Origin: a virus
Taxonomy: Duplodnaviria; Heunggongvirae; Uroviricota; Caudoviricetes
IMG/VR virus record: IMGVR_UViG_3300017989_000052
DNA length: 60,666 nt
Reading direction: 5' to 3' (one strand)
The notes beneath the pieces were generated by a model. That model was given only the letters and a program-made list of their open reading frames with translations, did no database searches and was not told where the DNA came from. The first letter of the stretch is position 1. Each line of letters starts with the position of its first letter. This document shows positions 46,865-55,708 of this stretch, piece after piece. Both the position numbers and the translations under genes were made by a program.

Positions 46865-46896
46865 ATTACTAGGGTATTTCATAGTATAAATAATAG
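46865..46896 (+). promoter_or_regulatory. putative phage promoter
   Basis: GGTATTTCATAGTATAAATAATAG, near-identical to 49587-49610. Confidence 0.6.
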
Positions 46897-46947
46897 CTGG
46901 GGGGACTACTCCCGGCAAGTATTGCCCTTATCAGAGGAGAGCTTGAG

Positions 46948-47199
46948 ATGAGGACACTATTCGAGCGGGTGCGGCAGGAATTGTTCGCCCTTGGATTCTC
47001 GGAAGTCGATGAGGAGTCTTACTTCTCTGATGGGAATGACCAGTTCGAGGCGACCAAGGACGGGGTTGTGTACTGCTTCTCCTGTTATTGGCAGGACTTC
47101 GTGCTGGATGGCCCCAATGTTCTGCATTGGGGGGAGGGCACAATCACTTTCCGCTGGCAAGACGAACCTGGAAAGGGTGTTTGGGCGGTCACAGAATAA
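46948..47199 (+). CDS. hypothetical protein
   Basis: GAGGAG RBS, TTGAG-ATG start. Confidence 0.65.
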   Translation: MRTLFERVRQELFALGFSEVDEESYFSDGNDQFEATKDGVVYCFSCYWQDFVLDGPNVLHWGEGTITFRWQDEPGKGVWAVTE

Positions 47200-47204
47200 G
47201 GTAT

Positions 47205-47278
<74 letters not shown>

Positions 47279-47309
47279 TTTTCCCCCAAAACATTTACGG
47301 AGTTAAAAA

Positions 47310-47525
47310 ATGGGATCCAAGCTTGACCAACTGGCTGAGATCGAGGGAATGGGAGTTATGGAGATGCTCGAGATGGGCACCTACGACTCTGTTTGCCCTG
47401 GTATCTGCACAAACCCTGATTGTTCCTATACGGTCGAGGTTGAGCCGGATTGTGATTCCGGGTATTGTGAGGAATGTCAGACCAATACGGTTAAGTCCGC
47501 TTTGAGTCTTGCGGGCATCATTTAA
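47310..47525 (+). CDS. small Zn-finger protein
   Basis: CTNPDC...EPD...CEEC. Confidence 0.75.
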   Translation: MGSKLDQLAEIEGMGVMEMLEMGTYDSVCPGICTNPDCSYTVEVEPDCDSGYCEECQTNTVKSALSLAGII

Positions 47526-47558
47526 CCGAGATCCGCCACGATTTCAGGAGGGAATCCG

Positions 47559-47816
47559 ATGCAACGTCCCTATAAGGTCAAAGTTGTGTGGCTTGATTCC
47601 AAAGAGACTGCAACGGGCGCGGTCGTTGGTCAAAATAAAGATAATCTCGTGATTGTCTTCGACCACGAAGAGGGCGAAGAGTACGAGTTTGAGCGCCTTG
47701 ATCATTCTCAAAGGCCACCGGCAGCGGAAAGCGATGTTCTCTGGTATGAAATCAACAACTCCTCGGATCTTGTCGAGATCAAAAGGGTACTCCGCGATGA
47801 ACGTGAAGGCGAGTAA
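47559..47816 (+). CDS. hypothetical protein
   Basis: AGGAGG RBS. Confidence 0.65.
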   Translation: MQRPYKVKVVWLDSKETATGAVVGQNKDNLVIVFDHEEGEEYEFERLDHSQRPPAAESDVLWYEINNSSDLVEIKRVLRDEREGE

Positions 47817-47888
47817 AGCTTTCAAGGCGGCACTCGAATCTTGCAACTAACCAAAGCCCGAGATAGGTCCCTTTCTAAGGACTTTGAG

Positions 47889-48059
47889 ATGAACCCTTTT
47901 GAACCAGATGAGCTTGATCCTTCGTATCGTCCTCCGATACAACGGCCTTTCTCGCCGACTTCTAAGGATGAAGAGAAAAAGGAATCTTCGGATCTTCCTC
48001 TTTTCCTTGTGATTGGGGCGATTCTTGTGATCTTGATGGTTTTCGGGTCGGCTTTTTAG
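47889..48059 (+). CDS. small C-tail membrane protein
   Basis: TTGAG-ATG start; C-terminal TM. Confidence 0.6.
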   Translation: MNPFEPDELDPSYRPPIQRPFSPTSKDEEKKESSDLPLFLVIGAILVILMVFGSAF

Positions 48060-48068
48060 GAGACCTGC

Positions 48069-48518
48069 ATGAGCGTTAACATCGAACCAGAAGACAATTG
48101 CCGGTTTTGTGAGAAGCATGGCACGGTCCAATATGAGACCTATTCTTGTATGTGTGCCGATTTTGGTCCGGAAGCCATGAAGGAATGTCTTGAATGTAAG
48201 GGTACGGGGGAAGTAAAGTTCCCTAAGTATCCTCATTCGGTCAATCTTTCTAATGGAAATTGGCATACCCTTCATTCTGCGCTTGCCCTCCCGGGGGATT
48301 CTTGCTGCGGATCGGTAGAGGCCGATTTTCTCATCACACAAATCAGATCGACCCCAGCGGAACTTGGGGTGCGGGCGGGGAGCGACTCTCAAGAACCTGG
48401 GAAAGCCCGAGTAATCTCGCTTGGTATTGATGAGTCCTATGTAGAAACCCGGTTTATCGCTCTTTTTGCTATTGCTAACGAAGCCAAGCGGCGAAAAGTT
48501 CTCGTAACCTGGGGATAG
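48069..48518 (+). CDS. Zn-finger-containing hypothetical protein
   Basis: CRFC; CLECKGTG (DnaJ-like CxxCxGxG). Confidence 0.7.
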   Translation: MSVNIEPEDNCRFCEKHGTVQYETYSCMCADFGPEAMKECLECKGTGEVKFPKYPHSVNLSNGNWHTLHSALALPGDSCCGSVEADFLITQIRSTPAELGVRAGSDSQEPGKARVISLGIDESYVETRFIALFAIANEAKRRKVLVTWG

Positions 48519-48731
48519 CCCCTCTGCCACAAAGTAAAATGAATTTCAAAACATCCCTCGTACTTCTTTTCATCTACAATATTTTCCGTGGGTCCCTTGC
48601 TACCTATGCTTCTGGAGACATGTCGTTCATGTTTATCTGCTCCATATGCGGCGCTATAGGTCTTGGGATGATCATCGGCGAGAAGAAAGCAGAGGACGAA
48701 AAGTCCTCGTAACCTGGTTCAGTTACACTTT

Positions 48732-48932
48732 ATGAAAGGAATAGCAATGCTTGACCACATCCGCCTTCTCCTGGCTCTTCTTGTGTACCATACCCTTTCG
48801 GCCCTGTTCTTGCTCGGCGCTGGGGGTTCGGTTTCTCACATCATCCTTGCTTGGGTCGCGTTTTCGGTTGGCCTTTTCCTGCTTGGGTTGGCCTCTGCAT
48901 GGGAGGATCGAAAGCTTGTCCAAGTAAGCTAG
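48732..48932 (+). CDS. small 2-TM membrane protein
   Basis: Two hydrophobic helices. Confidence 0.55.
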   Translation: MKGIAMLDHIRLLLALLVYHTLSALFLLGAGGSVSHIILAWVAFSVGLFLLGLASAWEDRKLVQVS

Positions 48933-48939
48933 GTTATTA

Positions 48940-49012
48940 GGGTGTGTAGCTCAGTTGGTAGAGCAACGGCCTTTTAAGCCGTAGGCCCTGGGTTCGAGTC
49001 CCAGCGCACCCA
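48940..49012 (+). tRNA. tRNA-Lys (TTT)
   Basis: Cloverleaf, ACGGC-CTTTTAA-GCCGT anticodon arm. Confidence 0.95.
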
Positions 49013-49062
49013 TCGCTAGGTTCGGGTTTCGAGTTTTGTATTTCATTTGCAAGGAGAGCAAG

Positions 49063-49170
49063 ATGAAGCGTTCCTCCGGAGCTTCCCGTAAGCAAGTTCG
49101 GCAGCATCGTCGTGATCAGCGGGTCAAGCGTACCAGGGAAAGGGTTGCCCTGAAGCGTCAGAAGAGTTAG
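49063..49170 (+). CDS. small Arg-rich peptide (35 aa)
   Basis: AAGGAG RBS; MKRSSGASRKQVRQHRRDQRVKRTRERVALKRQKS*. Confidence 0.6.
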   Translation: MKRSSGASRKQVRQHRRDQRVKRTRERVALKRQKS

Positions 49171-49184
49171 CCCTCAGAGGGCAA

Positions 49185-49258
49185 GGGCCGATAGCTCAAT
49201 TGGTTAGAGCGCTTCCCTCATAAGGAAGATGTTCTGGGTTCAAGTCCCAGTCGGCCCA
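49185..49258 (+). tRNA. tRNA with CAT anticodon, probably tRNA-Ile2 (lysidine type)
   Basis: Cloverleaf, CTTCC-CTCATAA-GGAAG; C4-G69 and C5-G68 pairs match TilS determinants. Confidence 0.85.
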
Positions 49259-49291
49259 TCCCTTTTTCCTCCTTCTTTCAGGACAAAGCCA

Positions 49292-49564
49292 ATGCAATTC
49301 AAAAAAGAGTATCTCGAAGATAAAGATGGTAAACGGGTATTCCGTATTTATACGGACACCTATGGCAGAACCCTTGCGTTCCTCGAAACACTCGCGACAG
49401 AGATCAAGAAGAGTTTCCCTCCGCTTCATCCAGAAGACCTCGCTGTTGTGAAATATGGGGGAACCCGTAACCGCCAGATCTATGGAATCGAATTCTTCCC
49501 CCCAACTGATGTTGTGCCTTCTGGTTGGGAAAGGGTATCACAATTTGACCCCCACATCTCGTAA
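49292..49564 (+). CDS. hypothetical protein
   Basis: Start moved to ATG 49292. Confidence 0.65.
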   Translation: MQFKKEYLEDKDGKRVFRIYTDTYGRTLAFLETLATEIKKSFPPLHPEDLAVVKYGGTRNRQIYGIEFFPPTDVVPSGWERVSQFDPHIS

Positions 49565-49579
49565 GGCATTTCTTTCCAA

Positions 49580-49612
49580 GCACCAAGGTATTTCATAATA
49601 TAAATAATAGCC
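49580..49612 (+). promoter_or_regulatory. putative phage promoter
   Basis: GGTATTTCATAATATAAATAATAG. Confidence 0.6.
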
Positions 49613-49667
49613 AAGGGGACTGCCCCGTTCTTTTGGGCGTATTTTCTACATCAGAGGAGAGTTTGAG

Positions 49668-49997
49668 ATGAGTCAGCCCTTTGAATCGAATCCTGCGACC
49701 CCTGAACAAATTAAGGGTTTGATTGATTCCTGCGACGGAAAGATCGTCGATTGGAAGGATCCCCAGCTGTGCCGCGTACTCCGGTTGCGGTTGCTTTCTG
49801 ATCCGGGCTTTCCCGCCTGGGATGTTAGCTACTGTTATGGGGAACTGAAGGATGGGACTGTCGTGAAGGTCGAACTTCCCTTCAGTCAACTCCTGAAAAG
49901 GGAATCGATCAACTCTCAAATCGTGCGCTTCGCGAAGAAAGACGGCGTTTTCGCGAAAGGTCTTGAAATCTTTGGTGCGATTTCCACTCTTAACTAA
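49668..49997 (+). CDS. hypothetical protein
   Basis: GAGGAG RBS, TTGAG-ATG start. Confidence 0.7.
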   Translation: MSQPFESNPATPEQIKGLIDSCDGKIVDWKDPQLCRVLRLRLLSDPGFPAWDVSYCYGELKDGTVVKVELPFSQLLKRESINSQIVRFAKKDGVFAKGLEIFGAISTLN

Positions 49998-50010
49998 GGG
50001 GTTTGACTCC

Positions 50011-50178
50011 ATGAAACCGATCAATCCCAACGAACCCAAAATCAAGTGCCCACATTGCGGAGTTACTGAGATGCCTCCCGGGTGGTCGGATGCTTCCCTA
50101 GTCGAGGACCTCTTAGACCTCAAGGCTCTCCGGGACGAAGGCGTGATTATCTGTGATGCCTGTGCGAACAAGCCCTGA
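50011..50178 (+). CDS. small Zn-finger protein
   Basis: CPHC...CDAC. Confidence 0.6.
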   Translation: MKPINPNEPKIKCPHCGVTEMPPGWSDASLVEDLLDLKALRDEGVIICDACANKP

Positions 50179-50235
50179 AATCTCTTTTTCCGATTCAGGC
50201 CCTAAGAGGCCGAACCCTTCAACCCCAGGGATAAG

Positions 50236-50535
50236 ATGAAGCTGATCCAAAAAAACCTCTATAACCAGAACCAGAGCTGGAATTATCTTGAGATCATCGA
50301 AGATACTCATGGTAACCGACTCCGGATCTCGGTACGGCGCAATGCCTATGAAGAACAGTCCCACGCAAAAGTCGAACGCTGGGATGGGAATCAGTGGCAA
50401 TTCGTAACCTCGATCCCAATCACTGAGTGCGCCTGTTATGACATCTCTTATGTGACCAAGGACCCAGACCAAACACTCTTTGAGCAGGATGCTGTAATGC
50501 TTCGGCTTTATGCGGAAGCGATCTGCAAGCCCTAG
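50236..50535 (+). CDS. hypothetical protein
   Basis: ORF in operon. Confidence 0.7.
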   Translation: MKLIQKNLYNQNQSWNYLEIIEDTHGNRLRISVRRNAYEEQSHAKVERWDGNQWQFVTSIPITECACYDISYVTKDPDQTLFEQDAVMLRLYAEAICKP

Positions 50536-50559
50536 AGAAACCCAAAAAAGGAGAGAGAC

Positions 50560-50706
50560 ATGGACCGCGAAGCCCTCAAAGAAGCCTTTCAAGAATACGT
50601 GGGGTGGATGTTGCCCGGCAAGAAGGAGTTGAAGGAGATGGCCTTCGCTGTCGGATACGTCTCCCTAATCTATCTCCTGCTCTGGGTTGCTTCCCTCTTC
50701 CTCTAA
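50560..50706 (+). CDS. small C-tail membrane protein (48 aa)
   Basis: AAGGAG RBS; C-terminal TM. Confidence 0.6.
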   Translation: MDREALKEAFQEYVGWMLPGKKELKEMAFAVGYVSLIYLLLWVASLFL

Positions 50707-50728
50707 ACACCTAAACACCCTTTTCCCT

Positions 50729-50941
50729 ATGATCATTCAATTAAGTTGTGGGAAGAAAGCTGTATCCTCTTTCAGCGAAGCTTCTAAAGAAGCCTGTGCC
50801 GATCGGGATAAAAACGGTTTTGGAGCCCGTGATCTGCCAAAACGGTGGGGGGATGTGACTGACACTGATGGCACCCCCCTCGGCCAGGTTAGTTATAATG
50901 GTCGGGTCTGGGACATTGCCAACAACGAAATCCCCACCTAG
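50729..50941 (+). CDS. hypothetical protein
   Basis: MIIQL...GQVSYNGRVW. Confidence 0.6.
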   Translation: MIIQLSCGKKAVSSFSEASKEACADRDKNGFGARDLPKRWGDVTDTDGTPLGQVSYNGRVWDIANNEIPT

Positions 50942-51040
50942 GAGATCAAGTGTCCGAGATCCTCATCTTCCTCCTCTTCTTTGCGATCCCGATTTATTTC
51001 GGAACTTGGGTACTTTGTGCCCTCTCAAAAGGAGTCCACC

Positions 51041-51151
51041 ATGAGCCGTCGACGCTACAATCCACCCGAATCCCCAATTAACCCCATCCCCGGAATCCTG
51101 ACCATGCTCGGTTTGCTTCTCGCGATCGGCCTTCTCATCTGGATCTTCTAA
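51041..51151 (+). CDS. small C-tail membrane peptide (36 aa)
   Basis: AAGGAG RBS; MSRRRYNPPESPINPIPGILTMLGLLLAIGLLIWIF*. Confidence 0.6.
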   Translation: MSRRRYNPPESPINPIPGILTMLGLLLAIGLLIWIF

Positions 51152-51220
51152 CCCCGGAACTTAAAAGACAAAACGCAACCCGGGATTAAAACGAACAACC
51201 TGCTTTTTGGAGTACATCTT

Positions 51221-51472
51221 ATGCCTTGTCTTCGCTGTGGCTCGCACCGTATCGCCGACATTAACGCAAAATGCTCGGATCTTTGTTTCGTTTCCATCCC
51301 CGGATTCTCGGAACACGATGGATACGTTCCCTCCTTCCTAGGCGGCGGAGATTATGTGAGGCTCGATATCTGTCTCGAATGCGGACAAGTGCAACAGAAC
51401 TTCCCCGTCACCGACGAGGATCTCGAAGAGTCCGGCGATTTCAAGAAAGCAGTTGAGACCGAGCTTCCCTAA
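51221..51472 (+). CDS. Cys-rich Zn-binding protein, paralogue of 45347
   Basis: CLRCGS..KCSDLC..ICLECGQVQ. Confidence 0.75.
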   Translation: MPCLRCGSHRIADINAKCSDLCFVSIPGFSEHDGYVPSFLGGGDYVRLDICLECGQVQQNFPVTDEDLEESGDFKKAVETELP

Positions 51473-51884
51473 AACTCACATCTCAAAACAGAACCCGCCC
51501 TAAATAGAATATTGGGGGGTGGTGATCGGTTTTGGACAGGGCAACGGCTATCTCTCTCTCCTCTTAGCCAAGCCCAACTCAATGTCCATGGGGTTTCCGA
51601 TTGCCACCCCCTCCATTTTGCCTACCGCATCCCTAGATTCTGAAACTCCCCCTCTAAAATTAAAAGACCCAAATCTAAAGATCGCCGCTAATTCTAATAT
51701 TAAAGTTTTGAGATGTCAAATCAGCCCCCGGAATTTAATCTCAAAACTTTAATATCCTATCCCTAAACTAAACCTACTAAACCCTAGAGATAGATATTCC
51801 AGTATAAGAGATACTTTCTATTACACCGATCTTTCTCTGAATCCTTTATATCCCGTCTTTCGATGAAACCCATTTAAAACAAGC

Positions 51885-51912
51885 AAAAAGAAAAGGGAGC
51901 CTTTCAGCTCCC
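51885..51912 (-). terminator. intrinsic terminator of paralogue 2
   Basis: GGGAGC-CTTTCA-GCTCCC with an A-run on the + strand. Confidence 0.75.
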
Positions 51913-51940
51913 TCCCCTTTCGAAAACCTATCTCAACCTC

Positions 51941-52240
51941 TTATTTGAGATTGATCGGCACGTTCGCCTGCTCGAACCATCCCTTGAGGTTCTTCTTAAC
52001 CCAGTCCTTTCGCACGTACCACCGACGAGCCTTCTGGTAATACCCGAGATCGTCCCCCTCAAGAGGGTTCGACCGAAAGACCTTTCGGAGCCGGAAGGAG
52101 TAATTGAAACCCTCATCCGGGCTCGCAGCAGAAGGATCGAATTCAATCGACCCCTTCGCTTTCAATCCCTTGAGAAGCTCCATCAACTTCATTTCCGACT
52201 TCTCGCCATAGATCGCCTCAATAACCTTAGATACCGTCAT
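51941..52240 (-). CDS. GC-rich conserved basic protein, paralogue 2 of 3
   Basis: MKLMELLKGLKAKGSIEFDPSAASPDEGF...RRWYVRKDW. Confidence 0.85.
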   Translation of the reverse strand: MTVSKVIEAIYGEKSEMKLMELLKGLKAKGSIEFDPSAASPDEGFNYSFRLRKVFRSNPLEGDDLGYYQKARRWYVRKDWVKKNLKGWFEQANVPINLK

Positions 52241-52314
52241 CTCAACAACTCCGCTTCAAACCCAGGGGAAAAGATAATAGAACCCAACAGGGATTCATTC
52301 CCACCCCCAATTCC

Positions 52315-52360
52315 TATAATTATTATATGACTGTAAAGCAGTGTAAAACCAGTGTAACCT
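52315..52360 (-). promoter_or_regulatory. conserved promoter element, copy 2
   Basis: Minus strand TTACACTGGTTTTACACTGCTTTACAGTCATATAATAAT. Confidence 0.6.
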
Positions 52361-52689
52361 ATTTTTCCCCACCGTATGGGATTCCAACCATCTTTCCAGT
52401 TTCTGAGATACTAAAAAATTTTTCGGGGTTTGAGACTAGTCTTTCGCCGAAAGGCCCAACCCCCTAACTTTCGTTGAAACCCATATTTAGTCTTTCAACG
52501 ACCTATTCAAAGTACGACCGGTAAAACCGGCCCCTATCGTTTCGCGGGGAGGAAGTGTAATTGTTCCTGTCGCCTCCGCTCCTGCTTCGACCTCCAGCTC
52601 GGCTTTAAAGGACAGTGTTTCTGGCCCTTTTGACGACAGACGTATTTCGCCGAGCAGACTACACATTCACCCTTCATCTCAATACCCCC

Positions 52690-52926
52690 CTAGCCAAGAG
52701 AACCCAAGTCAATTCGTTTGGGAGGAGAAGGAAGAGACGAACCCTTCAGCTCCCCCTGGAGCACCCTTCGCAAAGCGCCAACCCCAAACGCCCCAAACTT
52801 TTTCTGAAAGCCCTCCGAACGAGAGCACGCCCGAATCGCCTCCACTATATAGATCGCCTCCGTATGGTCGAAGCCCCGATCAGTGAAGACCCGAATCTGC
52901 CTTGTCTGTTCGTCTGTCAGTGCCAT
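52690..52926 (-). CDS. hypothetical protein
   Basis: ORF in minus-strand block. Confidence 0.6.
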   Translation of the reverse strand: MALTDEQTRQIRVFTDRGFDHTEAIYIVEAIRACSRSEGFQKKFGAFGVGALRRVLQGELKGSSLPSPPKRIDLGSLG

Positions 52927-52961
52927 CTCTTAATCCCCCTAGAAAAAGAAAAACCCAGAGC

Positions 52962-53267
52962 CTACCCCCGGAGAAAGTCATCGAGAGACATACTTATCCC
53001 CGGAGGCAGCTTCAATTCGAAACCTACCACCCCCTGCTCCTTGACCCGCTCCACCACCACCCGGTGCCCCTGCAAGATCCGGCGAGCCCGAAGCCGCTCA
53101 GCCTCCTTCTCTCCATACCGCCGGACATCGAAGTGGTATTGGCAAAGATGCCCCCCACCAACGATCTGATACTTGCCAGCCTCTTTACAGCCCGCTTCCT
53201 TACAAGGATAAGACATCTCTAAGCCCTCCAAGTCTTGAGGAACAAAAACCCCGGTATTCAAATCCAA
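52962..53267 (-). CDS. hypothetical protein with Cys/His motif
   Basis: CKEAGC...CQYH; start uncertain. Confidence 0.55.
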   Translation of the reverse strand: MDLNTGVFVPQDLEGLEMSYPCKEAGCKEAGKYQIVGGGHLCQYHFDVRRYGEKEAERLRARRILQGHRVVVERVKEQGVVGFELKLPPGISMSLDDFLRG

Positions 53268-53286
53268 AAAGCGAACCCGGGAAGAA

Positions 53287-53362
53287 GAGGAGCGGAGGGA
53301 GTCGAACCCTCAGCCATCCCAATTAAGAGACGACCTAAACCGTTACGCCCTTGACCGCACCT
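53287..53362 (-). tRNA. degenerate D-armless tRNA-Leu(TAG)-like element
   Basis: T-arm GAGGG-TTCGACT-CCCTC, acceptor AGGTGCG/CGCTCCT, loop TTTAGGT, long variable arm. Confidence 0.45.
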
Positions 53363-53549
53363 ATTTCTTATCCCTTTCGAGCAGAAGCTGAGTCCCGAAA
53401 GACCCCAAGTTGAAGCTCATCCCAATACCCAAGAATAGATGGGTAGGAGTGAGCCCCTCGATCAGCCCCGCCAAGACAATGAAGCCCAGGAAAAGAGCTG
53501 AGAGGCAGACGATCACGATATAGAAGCGTTTCAAGTTTTTGAGAGACAT
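53361..53549 (-). CDS. small 2-TM membrane protein
   Basis: GGAG RBS before MSLKNLKR; two TM segments. Confidence 0.6.
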   Translation of the reverse strand: MSLKNLKRFYIVIVCLSALFLGFIVLAGLIEGLTPTHLFLGIGMSFNLGSFGTQLLLERDKK

Positions 53550-53673
53550 AGCAATCTCCAAAAATAGAATAGAGGGTGAGAAAGGAGCATTGGGAGTTGA
53601 ACCCAATACCGGACCAGGCGAACACCTGATCCCCTCGGCCCCTGATTTACATGTGCCTTACGAGGCCGGGCCG

Positions 53674-53715
53674 AAAAGAAACCCCAGGGAAACGACCCCC
53701 CAGGGTTTCTTTTCG
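53674..53715 (-). terminator. intrinsic terminator of paralogue 3
   Basis: AAAAGAAACCCCAGGG...CCCCAGGGTTTCTTTT inverted repeat. Confidence 0.75.
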
Positions 53716-53737
53716 GATCTCGGCGCCGGCGGACCTG

Positions 53738-54136
53738 TTAGGACTTCTTGGAGTCCTTCGCATCGGTCTTCGCGTCGGCGCCCGGGAGCGCGATGTCGAC
53801 GTTCGCTTCGGCGAACCACCACGCCAGCTCGGCCAGGGCGAAGCTCTTGCGGATGTACCACCGGCGGGACTTCATGTACGCGCCAGCGGCGGCCTCGGCG
53901 TCGGCATCCTTCGGCTTGTGGTCGATCGCGCGCGAGCCGTGGTTCTTGCGGAACACAGCGCGCAGCTTGAACGACGCATTGAAGCCGGGATCGGGGGCCT
54001 GGGCGCTCGGGTTGAAGGCGATGCACCCCTCGGTCTGGAGGCCCTTCAAGAGCTCCATGACCTTGATGCAGTCCTTGTCCCCGTAGATCTGGCCCACGAG
54101 CTGCTTGACCGACGCGATCTTCTTCGAATTCGCCAT
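53738..54136 (-). CDS. GC-rich conserved basic protein, paralogue 3 of 3
   Basis: AGGAGAG RBS before MANSKK; KVMELLKGLQTEGCIAFNPSAQAPDPGF...RRWYIRKSF. Confidence 0.85.
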   Translation of the reverse strand: MANSKKIASVKQLVGQIYGDKDCIKVMELLKGLQTEGCIAFNPSAQAPDPGFNASFKLRAVFRKNHGSRAIDHKPKDADAEAAAGAYMKSRRWYIRKSFALAELAWWFAEANVDIALPGADAKTDAKDSKKS

Positions 54137-54220
54137 GCTGATCTCTCCTCTTCTCGGCACCATAACCGGAGGGGTTTCTTTAGGGTTCAAGCCCCACTAG
54201 GGCTCCCTAACCCCCCCTGC

Positions 54221-54274
54221 TTATATTTATAATATGATTGTATTTGGGTGTAAAACCAGTGTAAATATTTTTTT
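54221..54274 (-). promoter_or_regulatory. conserved promoter element, copy 3
   Basis: TTTACA-17 bp-TATAAA, with an upstream TTTACAC repeat and A-tract. Confidence 0.7.
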
Positions 54275-54359
54275 AGTGTGTAATGAGCTGGGTCTCATAT
54301 AAGCAGAAGGTCCCTATACCCCTTGAGGTCTCAAGGGAAGAAACCTTCTTTTTGAGAAC

Positions 54360-54495
54360 CTTGATCAGGTCGTCCCAAGACCAGTGAACAAGGAATCCCG
54401 AAACGCGAACCTAATTAAATGGGTTCGCCGCTCGTTACCAAGATAACATGAAACGCGATAGGTAATCGTATTGTGAAACCTATCATTGGGGTTCC
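54360..54495 (-). ncRNA. candidate small RNA behind promoter copy 4
   Basis: Hairpins GATAGGT/ACCTATC, GTTA/TAAC, GCGAACC/GGTTCGC; no convincing ORF. Confidence 0.3.
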
Positions 54496-54508
54496 GTTCC
54501 CCCCTTTT

Positions 54509-54552
54509 TATATATATGTTTGTATTGTGGTGTAAATCCGGTGTAAAGCTCT
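54509..54552 (-). promoter_or_regulatory. conserved promoter element, copy 4
   Basis: Minus strand TTTACACCGGATTTACACCACAATACAAACATATATATAA. Confidence 0.6.
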
Positions 54553-54847
54553 TTTTTAGGGTGTAAAAAAACGGTATCATATTATGAGAACTCATAGTAG
54601 AACCCCTAAATATGAGACGTGCTATAGGCGAATCTGTATCGTAGTATCATCAAGTCTTTGAGGAAGTATGATCCTTTTTAGGCGATACTATCATCAATAT
54701 TTGTCGTTACAAATGGGGAAATTAGACCGTTCTAGCCATGAGACCGTATCCGGCACATAGGTCACAAAAGACTTTTTAAAATCCAGAAATGACATATATC
54801 TCAAAAGCTCCCCTATCTTAAAAAAACGGACTATCTTATGGATATGG

Positions 54848-55007
54848 GAAATCGGATTTAAAAAAACCCAGCCAATTTTTTAAAACCCAGCTTTTGATAC
54901 CTATTAAAAATTTCCCTGGCTATGTGGGTATAAAAGGGGATTAGAAAAAACTGTGTTTTTTAAGAAAGCTTTGAAATCGGATTTTAAAAAAACCCAGCCA
55001 ATTTTTT
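54848..55007. repeat. ~34-bp direct repeat x2
   Basis: GAAATCGGATTT(T)AAAAAAACCCAGCCAATTTTTT at ~54848 and ~54973. Confidence 0.8.
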
Positions 55008-55037
55008 GGAACCTAGTTTTTGGGTCTTACGTGTCTT

Positions 55038-55355
55038 ATGGATATATACAAGGTAACTTTGCATTTAGACCTCACACATCCTTGGGCCATACTTGGGACA
55101 GTACAATCTAAGGTCTTGGGCTACTTATACCCGGAGAACGCGAGTGGGGGGACTGCGTTCCGGTATCCTTTTCTTGATTGGGGGTTTTGGGAAAAAGGAT
55201 TAAATAAGTTTTTGGAAACGGGGGATGATCGGGGAAATGCGTACTCTTATACTTACGAGGCGGCTCCTCTTCAATCTCTGCTCACACACTCAGATTCGCG
55301 TATACGCGAATCTGCGAAGTGTTTATTAAAAGAAATTGAAAGTTCGCGCACATGA
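55038..55355 (+). CDS. LTH-tag protein (WxxG..TGxD subfamily)
   Basis: WEKGLNKFLETGDD...PLQSLLTHSDSRIRESAKCLL. Confidence 0.8.
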   Translation: MDIYKVTLHLDLTHPWAILGTVQSKVLGYLYPENASGGTAFRYPFLDWGFWEKGLNKFLETGDDRGNAYSYTYEAAPLQSLLTHSDSRIRESAKCLLKEIESSRT

Positions 55356-55708
55356 CTCCTCTAGAAGATAAAACATTTTATCACATCTACGACTTGGGTT
55401 ATGATTCGGATGAGGGGTATCTCTATCTATTCAAGGATCGGGGTGCTTGGGAGGTTGCTTTTTTAGGCGACAAAAGTTTTCTTAGGGAGAACGCGAGTCT
55501 TAACAAGGCGGATAGGGAGGATTGGGTAAAGGGTATTCGTTCTTTTTATGAGACAGGGGAGGATTCGAACTACTCCTCGAGTTTTGTATATACACAGATA
55601 TCTCCGGAGGTTTTGCTTACTCACTCAAATCCTGGGGTACGGAGTTTCATCAAGGATAGGCTTAGGGGTAAAGTTTTGGATACTAGTATTTTTGGATGGG
55701 GGGACTAA
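55352..55708 (+). CDS. LTH-tag protein (WxxG..TGxD subfamily)
   Basis: WVKGIRSFYETGED...PEVLLTHSNPGVRSFIKDRL. Confidence 0.8.
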   Translation: MTPLEDKTFYHIYDLGYDSDEGYLYLFKDRGAWEVAFLGDKSFLRENASLNKADREDWVKGIRSFYETGEDSNYSSSFVYTQISPEVLLTHSNPGVRSFIKDRLRGKVLDTSIFGWGD

